Below, piece by piece: positions 28,193-35,447 of a stretch of DNA of 64,000 nt (position 1 is the stretch's first letter; each line of letters starts with the position of its first letter). This stretch comes from Longimicrobiales bacterium (GTDB lineage: Bacteria > Gemmatimonadota > Gemmatimonadetes > Longimicrobiales > Gaopeijiaceae): positions 1,782,302 through 1,846,301 of the forward strand of contig OY730414.1 of the NCBI GenBank assembly GCA_963422615.1, read 5' to 3'. Made by a program: the position numbers and the translations under genes. The notes beneath the pieces are model-generated. The model worked only from the letters and a program-made list of their open reading frames with translations, was not told the DNA's origin and did no database searches.

Positions 28193-29743
28193 TCAGGCGC
28201 AAACAGGATGTTCGTAGCGCTTCCACGCTTCGTTCAGTTCGCGGAGGGCGTTGACGAGGGCGTCTCCCAGCTCCTTCTTCCCCGACTTTTCCCATCGATC
28301 CATGAGTTCATTGGCCTTCTTGAGCTCTTTCGGCTCCTGTGGCTGCTGGGGTTCGGAAAATCGCTCTCGGCGGTGTTGGGTGACGGTCTCTCCATCGATT
28401 TTGTCCGCATGTTGACGGTTGTATGCGTCAACGAAACAGTGCTCCAGATGATGCATACAGCGATTCCGATGGTCCCCCTGCATCTTCTCCAAGAATTCGT
28501 TTACGCGGCGCAGGTCATGACCAAGTTCCTCGAACCAGCGGACGATCTTCTCGCGGCGGTCTTCCATCCGATTCTGGTATTCAATCAGAAGGCCCTCAAA
28601 CGCTTGCTGATAGAGTAAGCTACCGGTTGAGCTCCGTTCCTTGTCTTCGTTCCGTCCAGCCTCCTGGTCGAACTTGAACCCCTTCCAGAAGCCGACGGCA
28701 CAGAGGCAGAGGCCGAGAATGGCAAACAGGAGGGGCTGGAGCTCCCAGGTGAGAGGGTTGGCCCCGACCCCGGCAAACACTTCCCGAAACGGGGGCGGGG
28801 GCGCAGGGCCCCCGGCGGCTACCTGCAGCTCGTTGGCCTCGATCATCCGGGTAAAAGTCTCCCGGTGCCGTCCAAGCAAGTGGTTGAACCAAAGGGCAGC
28901 CGTCCCGGCGATCCCTGCGAAAATCCCGAACGGAACGGCCGTTCTCGTATGGCGCCGGATCAATGCTGTCAGGCGGCCGGAGCCCGCACCCAAAAACCCC
29001 ACGTTGATCACGGACACGAGGACCGCCAAGAGAAACGCGCTCAACGCACCCCCGGGGAGGGCGTCCATGAGCAGACCGATATTCACGACCGCCTCCCCCA
29101 GTATGCAGGCGGCCAGCCAGCCCACCAAGTCCAGGGTTCCACCCCTCTCGCTCGAGCCGCCGACGGCTCCCCGGTTCCGATTCTGCTTCTGCTTCAGCGG
29201 GATTCCTCGCTGCCGCTTGAAGCGAAGTCTTTCGCAGGCCACCTCGAATTCCTGGATCTGCACCGTCGGATTCCACTCCGGTCGTCTATCCAGTCGTTGC
29301 CCGAGCCGATCCCGGAGCGGAAGGAGAAAATTTTGAGAATCGTGCTCCAGTCCGGAGAGCAAGCGTCGATGCGCCGTCTTCCAATCGCCGTTGGCATTTC
29401 TGCCCGCCTCGGCACCCCGGTCGTCAAGGGCGGGTCGGTCAAGGGGCGAACTTCCCCCCGGGAGTCGGTGACCATTCGCTCCCTGCGCGGCCTGGACAGC
29501 CGCCGAATCGGAACCCGCCAAACGATCCCAATCGCCGTCCGGGGAAAGCGCTCCAGCTCCGTTATCGGGTGATCGCGCATCGGGCGATCGGACTGACGCA
29601 TCAAGAAGGGATTCTCCGGTTTCCCGCTCGGCCGCCGAGCTGAAGTCTCCATCCGGAGGCGGGGAGCGATCGGAGTTCAACTGACCCCTTGTGGACCGAA
29701 ACCTGGACGGCTTCACGGGGTGACGCGGTGGGTTCATTCCCAT
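28193..29743 (-). CDS. Multi-pass membrane hypothetical protein with C-terminal coiled coil
   Basis: 516-aa ORF; disordered N-terminus, about 4 hydrophobic segments (E..VN, S.INV motifs) and a charged helical C-terminus. Confidence 0.7.
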   Translation of the reverse strand: MGMNPPRHPVKPSRFRSTRGQLNSDRSPPPDGDFSSAAERETGESLLDASVRSPDARSPDNGAGALSPDGDWDRLAGSDSAAVQAAQGANGHRLPGGSSPLDRPALDDRGAEAGRNANGDWKTAHRRLLSGLEHDSQNFLLPLRDRLGQRLDRRPEWNPTVQIQEFEVACERLRFKRQRGIPLKQKQNRNRGAVGGSSERGGTLDLVGWLAACILGEAVVNIGLLMDALPGGALSAFLLAVLVSVINVGFLGAGSGRLTALIRRHTRTAVPFGIFAGIAGTAALWFNHLLGRHRETFTRMIEANELQVAAGGPAPPPPFREVFAGVGANPLTWELQPLLFAILGLCLCAVGFWKGFKFDQEAGRNEDKERSSTGSLLYQQAFEGLLIEYQNRMEDRREKIVRWFEELGHDLRRVNEFLEKMQGDHRNRCMHHLEHCFVDAYNRQHADKIDGETVTQHRRERFSEPQQPQEPKELKKANELMDRWEKSGKKELGDALVNALRELNEAWKRYEHPVCA

Positions 29744-29852
29744 TGTTGGTTCACTTCGATTCGAAGGGTCGCGAGGAAGTCCCTCAAAATAGGGTATGTC
29801 AACCTGGGGATGGCGCCAAGGCTTGCCGAACCCGGCAGAATCTTCAAGTTGA

Positions 29853-29880
29853 AGTTCGTATAATATATATTATGTAAAGT
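29853..29880 (+). other. dif: dif site (XerC/XerD chromosome dimer resolution site)
   Basis: AGTTCGTATAA-TATATA-TTATGTAAAGT has the 11-6-11 architecture of dif (E. coli GGTGCGCATAA-TGTATA-TTATGTTAAAT); intergenic, conspicuously AT-rich, close to the gene-strand switch. Confidence 0.9.
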
Positions 29881-30041
29881 TTATACGTGGCGTTTCGATT
29901 GCCGCCGGGAAGTTACCTTTTGCCTGGGTGGAAAGAGGGAGCCGCCCAAAAAGGGAGCAAGGCCGAAATGAAAGATTGCTGGGATCGCCGCCCTTCCCTC
30001 GCCCGCGAGCCGCGGGAAGTGCTGATGGAGGAGGACCCACA

Positions 30042-30211
30042 ATGAGAGAAGGCCGCCCGACCTTTGGGATCGCGCCGCCGCCATAAGCATTGGGATCGCC
30101 GCCATTGGGATCGCCACCTGGGCCCCGGAGACCCCGGACCCCCCCGCCCAGGAGTGGGAGGAGTGGGAGGCCGCGGAAGCTGCGAGGGAAGCGGAAGCCG
30201 CAAAGAAGTAA
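30042..30211 (+). pseudogene. Possible small membrane protein gene interrupted by a 1-nt frameshift
   Basis: GGAGG SD then ATG 30042 (MREGRPTFGI); shifting frame at ~30073 continues AAAISIGIAAIGIATWAPETPDPPAQEWEEWEAAEAAREAEAAKK* to TAA 30209-30211. Confidence 0.35.
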
Positions 30212-30255
30212 CCCACCCCCGGGTCGGAGCCGGAAAGGGTCCTTCTCCGTGCGCT

Positions 30256-31395
30256 TTACCGAAACAGCGCCTCGATCCGATCCGCGAGAGCGGTGCTCAT
30301 GGGCGCGCTCGACAAGTTGGCCACGATGGCCACGATGAGTCCCGTTTCCCGGTTGAGGGTGAGAACGGTTCTCCCGCCGACCGAGCCCCCCGTGTGGGAA
30401 ACGACGATCTCGTTCCGGTCGTTTACGGCGGTTCGCCAGCCGATTCCGTAGCCGGTCTCGTCCCCATTGGAAAGGGTCTGGGACGTAAAGAGCATTTCCA
30501 GCGTTTCGGCCTCAAGATACCCAGCGCTCCGGTGGGCGCTGGCGAAAGTCAGGAGGTCTTCCGGGGTCGACAGAAAGCCCCCGCCCGCCCACTTGTAGCT
30601 GTTGTCCACGTACGGAGCGTTGAGGATCCGACCGTCGGCACCCCGGTGATAGAAACGGGTTCTGTGGGCGATGATGCTGTCGGGGTGGTCGGCAACGGTG
30701 TGTCGCATGCCCAGGGACTTGAAGACGGCCCGGTCTATGTACGCCAAAAAGGGTTCTCCGCTCGCTCCCTCCACGACCGCACTGATCAAGTTCCAGCCGT
30801 AGCTGGAATAGGAGTACGCCGTCCCGGGCTCGTGAATAAGGGAATCTCGACGAAAGATCGCCAAGCCGGCAAGAACCGAAGGATATGGCACGGACGAGAG
30901 GTTCTCGGCACCCCGGTAGTGACGGATTCCACCCAGGTGCCCGGCCAGCAGCCTCGTTGTGACCGGCCACCGCTTCTCCGGGAAGGACGGCACGTACGCC
31001 TGGACCGGTGCATCCAGGTCCAAATGACCGGCCTCAACAAGGACGGCCACGGCCGCCGCCGTAAAGGGCTTGGAGACGCTTCCCACGCGGAACTTCGTCA
31101 AGGGGGTCACGAGAACGCCATGGGACAGGTCGGAGAAGCCGAAACCTTCCGACCAGAGGACCCGGGCGTTCTCCCCCACCGCTACAGACAACCCGGGAAT
31201 GGCTTCGGCGTCCATGAGGGAGTCCAGGAGGGCGCGAGCGGTGACAACCGCCTCTCGGTGCGTGGTGGGGACAGCGCTTTCGAGGCGCGCTTGACCTGCC
31301 CCTGGCGCGGAAAGTGCGAAGAGCAACAGCAGGGACCCGGTCCACGGCGACCCGGAACGCCACTGGGCAAACAGGGGGAAGATCATGCGCTCCAT
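30256..31395 (-). CDS. Serine hydrolase, beta-lactamase/class C family
   Basis: FRVGSVSK (SxxK), LLAGHLGG, YSYSSYGW, YGIGW and HTGG motifs; signal-peptide-like N-terminus. Confidence 0.9.
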   Translation of the reverse strand: MERMIFPLFAQWRSGSPWTGSLLLLFALSAPGAGQARLESAVPTTHREAVVTARALLDSLMDAEAIPGLSVAVGENARVLWSEGFGFSDLSHGVLVTPLTKFRVGSVSKPFTAAAVAVLVEAGHLDLDAPVQAYVPSFPEKRWPVTTRLLAGHLGGIRHYRGAENLSSVPYPSVLAGLAIFRRDSLIHEPGTAYSYSSYGWNLISAVVEGASGEPFLAYIDRAVFKSLGMRHTVADHPDSIIAHRTRFYHRGADGRILNAPYVDNSYKWAGGGFLSTPEDLLTFASAHRSAGYLEAETLEMLFTSQTLSNGDETGYGIGWRTAVNDRNEIVVSHTGGSVGGRTVLTLNRETGLIVAIVANLSSAPMSTALADRIEALFR

Positions 31396-31411
31396 CTCTC
31401 CATCGTATGGG

Positions 31412-32359
31412 TTATCCCGGAAGAAGGCTGCGAAGGACGAACCCGATGTTTGCGGGCCGCTCCGCCAGTCGGCGGACATACCAGGGAAACCAGTGTTCAC
31501 CGTAGCTGATCAACACCCGGATCCCCCGGTTCTCCCGAGCGAGGCGGTTCTGCTCCTCCCGAGCGATTCCGTAGAGCATCTGGTATTCGTAGGCGTCCGG
31601 GGTCAGCCCTGCGCCCGCAGCCCAGTCGTCAATGCGATGGATCAGGGCTCGGTCGTGGGTGGCGAAGCCGGCCCGCAACCCGGCTTGACGGGCGTCGGGA
31701 GCCAGCACGCGGACCGCCAAGTCGAAGAAGGCTTGGTCTACGTCCCGCTTCTGGGGCAAGGCAACGTTGGTCGGCTCGGCGTAAGCGCCCTTGACCAAGC
31801 GGATGGAAGGACCCATGGGAACCAGGGACTCCAGGTCCTGGGCCGTACGGTACAAATACGCTTGCAGGCAGACCCCGAAGTTGTTGTGATCCCTGCGTAT
31901 GGCCCGATACACTTCAAGCGTTGGGTCAACGTACCGGCTGTACTCCATGTCTAGCCAAACCCGGTTCCCCAGGGATTCGGCGGTTTCGACAATCCGCCGC
32001 ACGTTCTTTTCGGCCAGGTCCAGCCCCAGATCCAGTCCAAGGTGGGTGGGCTTGAGGGAGAGTTCGGCATCCAGACCTCGGGCGGAGACCTCACGCGCCG
32101 CGTCTACATAGTGATTCGCGACGGCCTCGGCCTCGGCCTCATTGGCGACATTTTCTCCCAGGAAGGTGACGAGAGCGGGGATCCTTCGGGCCCTCGCCAA
32201 GTCCTCCGCCGCCTTGAGAGCGTCTCCCAGCGCCTCCCCTGGCATGAAACGACGAACCGCCCGGCGTACGAAGCCGTAGCGGGGCAACGTCCTCCGGCAC
32301 CACTCATTCTCCGAGATCCACAACAGGGTTGAGCGCATTGGGGATAACGGTGACACCAT
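31412..32359 (-). CDS. Monofunctional proline dehydrogenase
   Basis: RRFMPGE, LSLKPTHLGL, LDMEY, LQAYLYRT, IRLVKGAY, ATHD, YQMLYGI and YVRRLAERPAN motifs. Confidence 0.95.
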   Translation of the reverse strand: MVSPLSPMRSTLLWISENEWCRRTLPRYGFVRRAVRRFMPGEALGDALKAAEDLARARRIPALVTFLGENVANEAEAEAVANHYVDAAREVSARGLDAELSLKPTHLGLDLGLDLAEKNVRRIVETAESLGNRVWLDMEYSRYVDPTLEVYRAIRRDHNNFGVCLQAYLYRTAQDLESLVPMGPSIRLVKGAYAEPTNVALPQKRDVDQAFFDLAVRVLAPDARQAGLRAGFATHDRALIHRIDDWAAGAGLTPDAYEYQMLYGIAREEQNRLARENRGIRVLISYGEHWFPWYVRRLAERPANIGFVLRSLLPG

Positions 32360-32366
32360 CTTACCC

Positions 32367-33008
32367 TCAGGCGCCAGTCCTATCGGCTGGGCGAGACTCC
32401 TGGCTCAGTGCCACCAAGACCCTGGCAATCCGCGCGGTCGTCGCTTCCAGGGCTTCTTCCCTCTCGTGGCGGCGATCGTGAACCCCGAAGTGAATCGGTT
32501 CCCCGAAGCGCACCGACACCCGGGCCCGGGTGGGCCGGCGACTCCAACGGGGCCAAGCCCGGAATGAACCCGCAATGCCGCACGGTACTACCGGTACCCC
32601 GGCTTTCAAGATCAGTCGGACCGTTCCCCTGCGGAAAGGCTGGAGGGTCCCGTCCCAACTCCGTTCTCCTTCCGGGTAGATGCCCACAGCTTCTCCCCGT
32701 TTCAGGAGCCGGAGGGCGATTCGTACGACCTGGGGATCAACCCGGTACCTTCGCGCCGGGATCGCGTTGATTCTGGGTAACAGCCAGCGGAAGACCGGGC
32801 CGGAGGAAAACTGGGTGCTCTTGGTGAAGGTATGGACGGTCCGGTGACAGCTCCCTTGGACGAGGAGCGGATCCAGAGTGCCCTGATGGTTCGCAATCAA
32901 CAGGAAGGGACCCCGTTCGGGGATGTTCTCCCTTCCGGTCACTTCCAGGCGAACGAGAATCCCCACCACGCCCCTGACCACCCACCTGAAAACAGAATAC
33001 CAGTTCAT
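32367..33008 (-). CDS. 1-acyl-sn-glycerol-3-phosphate acyltransferase (PlsC family)
   Basis: ANHQGTLD (HxxxxD), IYPEGERSWDG, VPVVPCGI and VRFGEPI motifs; ATG at 33008. Confidence 0.9.
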   Translation of the reverse strand: MNWYSVFRWVVRGVVGILVRLEVTGRENIPERGPFLLIANHQGTLDPLLVQGSCHRTVHTFTKSTQFSSGPVFRWLLPRINAIPARRYRVDPQVVRIALRLLKRGEAVGIYPEGERSWDGTLQPFRRGTVRLILKAGVPVVPCGIAGSFRAWPRWSRRPTRARVSVRFGEPIHFGVHDRRHEREEALEATTARIARVLVALSQESRPADRTGA

Positions 33009-33094
33009 GCCCGTGGCCCCCCTCCCCGGGATTGGGGCGCGAATCCCCTTCGGTTTCCCGGAAGACCGACTTATCTCAGGCGGCCGCCCCGGAT

Positions 33095-33727
33095 TCAGGC
33101 TCTGGAGCCGCACGACCGCGTCACGATGGCCGGCTGAAACTCCACGACGTCCCCACGGCCTGCCCGATGGTACGTTTCCCGAACAAGGCTTCGCAGCAGA
33201 TCCTCCCATCGTTTCGGGGAATCTGTGGTGAAACGGAACTGCACAAGCCGGTTCCCGGGCAAGGAAATCTGCAGCGCGGACGAGGAGCTCTGCAGGGCCC
33301 GAAGCTCCAGATAGCCCCACCGACCCCCGCGGCGTCGCCCGTCCTGGACGGTAAGGGCTTCCCGGTTCGCCGTCACCCTCCCGGGAACCTCCGGGCTCAT
33401 GGTCTCGGAAAATCCCCGCAGGACCCCTCGGTGCCATACGGGCTCCTCGGAAATCCGCCAGGAAACCATTGTCCGGGCGGAGTATTCCAGGGTCCCGTCC
33501 GCCCGGAAGGTCTGCGGGGAGATGGGTCCGCCGCGCCGCTCTATCTCCCGGGACAACGCCGAAGCGGTTACCCGGCGCCGCCGACCGCCCGCGGACGTAG
33601 AGAACAGTTGGTCGCCCCTTCGCCGGATTCGGGTTCCGCAGGAACGGCACCACGCCCGGTCCCCTTCCCCGTTCATCGGGTCGTGGCCGCAGCCGGGGCA
33701 TCGGTAGCAAAGGTCCTTGAGCGCCAC
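33095..33727 (-). CDS. Zn-ribbon hypothetical protein
   Basis: LCYRCPGCG...WCRSCG followed by a PH-like beta region; GTG start 10 bp after the upstream gene. Confidence 0.7.
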   Translation of the reverse strand: MALKDLCYRCPGCGHDPMNGEGDRAWCRSCGTRIRRRGDQLFSTSAGGRRRRVTASALSREIERRGGPISPQTFRADGTLEYSARTMVSWRISEEPVWHRGVLRGFSETMSPEVPGRVTANREALTVQDGRRRGGRWGYLELRALQSSSSALQISLPGNRLVQFRFTTDSPKRWEDLLRSLVRETYHRAGRGDVVEFQPAIVTRSCGSRA

Positions 33728-33737
33728 GGTGCCCCGC

Positions 33738-34466
33738 TCAAAGCCTTCCCAGAAGGTCCAGGACCCGGAACTTCCAAACCCGCCACACGGCTTCCAGAAG
33801 GATCGACTTCGACATCTTCGATTCCCCGCTCTCCCGCTCGGTGAAGACGAAGGGGACCTCTCGGAGCGTGAAGCCCTTTCGCCAAGCCCGCAGTTTGAGT
33901 TCGATCTGGAAGCTGTACCCGTTGGATTCGATCCTGTCGAGTTCGACGGACTCGATCACCTCTCGCCGAAAGGCGTTGAAGCCCCCCGTGGCGTCCCGGA
34001 CCGGCAGTCTCGTGACGACCCGGGCGTACCACGATCCGAAGAGGCTGATCAGAAGTCGGCTGACGGGCCAGTTCACCACCGTGATTCTACCCTCCACATA
34101 GCGGGAACCCACCACCACATCGGCATTCTCGCTCCCGGCCAGCAGGACGGGCAACGTTTCGGGAGGATGGGACAGGTCCGCGTCCATTTCGATGAAGATA
34201 TCGAAACCCCGATTCAGGCCCCACTTGAACCCGGCGACGTACGCGGCGCCCAGGCCGAGTTTTCCGGGTCGGTGGAGAACGGCCACGCGTTCGTTTCCGG
34301 CGGCAAGGGCGTCGGCCGTGTTCCCGGTCCCGTCCGGGGAGTTGTCATCGACCACGAGGATGTGGAACCCGTCGCCCTGTTCCAGGACACGGGGCACGAT
34401 ACGAGGGAGGCTTTCGCGCTCGTTGTAGGTGGGGATAACCACCAGAACTCTGGAAGGGCTACTCAT
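33738..34466 (-). CDS. Polyprenol monophosphomannose synthase-like GT2
   Basis: VIPTYNE, VDDNSPDGT, GLGAAY, EMDADLSH, GSRYV, DATGGF, GYSFQIE and GESKM motifs. Confidence 0.92.
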   Translation of the reverse strand: MSSPSRVLVVIPTYNERESLPRIVPRVLEQGDGFHILVVDDNSPDGTGNTADALAAGNERVAVLHRPGKLGLGAAYVAGFKWGLNRGFDIFIEMDADLSHPPETLPVLLAGSENADVVVGSRYVEGRITVVNWPVSRLLISLFGSWYARVVTRLPVRDATGGFNAFRREVIESVELDRIESNGYSFQIELKLRAWRKGFTLREVPFVFTERESGESKMSKSILLEAVWRVWKFRVLDLLGRL

Positions 34467-34472
34467 CCTTTG

Positions 34473-35447
34473 TCATGCTTGGTGGGACGGCGTTTCCCCG
34501 GCGGTCTCCCGATCGGGAAGTCGAGGCTTCCGAAGAAGAATCACGCCCGCTGCGGCTCCCGCCAACTCGACGGCGGTGATCCAGATGCGTTGAGCAACGG
34601 CCAAAACCACGCTCCCTTCCATGCCCAGAGTCGGCACCAGGAAAGCCGCCAGGGAAGCCTCGCGGACCCCTGCACCGGCGGGTGCGAAGATGGAAATGTA
34701 GCCCAGGAAGTACGCGCCCGCGAAAGCGGTGACAGCGGTTGAGAACGGGACCTCCATCCCCAGTCCCCGACCCAGAAAAAAGAAGGCAAGTCCATAGACG
34801 AACCAGTTCGATGTGTACGCGGAAAGCCATCGGAGAAGCCGTTTCCCCTCCGGGGAGGTCGGCTCCCCTGGCTCGCCACGTCGGCGAAGCGTCCATGCCA
34901 GGATGGACTGGAGACCTCCGAATCGAACGAAGGCGGCCAGCCCCAGGAAGAGGGCTACCCCTGCCGCGATGCTCCACCCCGGGGGGACCCGGGCGAGCCG
35001 GGAGGCGGTCCATCCACCCACGAATGCGGCGCCCAGGAGGTGCAGAATCTGGCCGGCCACCGCCGACCCCACGGCCAGCGTTCCGGAAATCCCCCGGCGC
35101 CGGACAAGGAGCACCAAGCCCGCCAAATGCAAGATCTTGCCGGGCACGTAGCGGCCCATGTTCGAGACAAAGACCATGGAAGCGACCGTCGGCAAGGGAA
35201 TGGCGGGGCCTCCGAAGTCGACGAGGAGCCGGGACCAGAACCAAGCCCCGAGGGAGAACGCAACCAGGAGTAGCGCGACGGAGAGGGCCAGAAGCGGAAT
35301 GTCGGTGTCAACCACCCCTCTCCATTCCACGGCGCCCACATCGGCGAGGGAGACGCCGACGATCCCCCGAAGGATGAGCCAAGTGATGGCACCCGTGCCG
35401 ACCAGCTTGAGAAGAAGCGTCCCTGCCGGCCTGAACCGGGAAGTCAT
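34473..35447 (-). CDS. Lysylphosphatidylglycerol-synthase-TM/UPF0104 flippase-like protein
   Basis: SNMGRYVPGK and APAGAGVREA motifs; polytopic. Confidence 0.85.
   Translation of the reverse strand: MTSRFRPAGTLLLKLVGTGAITWLILRGIVGVSLADVGAVEWRGVVDTDIPLLALSVALLLVAFSLGAWFWSRLLVDFGGPAIPLPTVASMVFVSNMGRYVPGKILHLAGLVLLVRRRGISGTLAVGSAVAGQILHLLGAAFVGGWTASRLARVPPGWSIAAGVALFLGLAAFVRFGGLQSILAWTLRRRGEPGEPTSPEGKRLLRWLSAYTSNWFVYGLAFFFLGRGLGMEVPFSTAVTAFAGAYFLGYISIFAPAGAGVREASLAAFLVPTLGMEGSVVLAVAQRIWITAVELAGAAAGVILLRKPRLPDRETAGETPSHQA

Noticed and set aside
29811..29826. Sigma-54 promoter-like TGGCGC-N-TTGC
   Set aside because: The spacing between GG and GC is one base longer than the strict -24/-12 requirement
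29980..30170. CRISPR array or REP element
   Set aside because: The repeats are only 9-15 bp, irregularly spaced, without unique spacers of constant length, and there are no cas genes
29881..30216. 111-aa and 96-aa - strand ORFs beside dif
   Set aside because: They have low-complexity translations with no SD or motifs; the + strand reading is more protein-like
30256..31395. Antibiotic-resistance beta-lactamase
   Set aside because: It has generic serine-hydrolase family motifs only; nothing supports beta-lactam specificity
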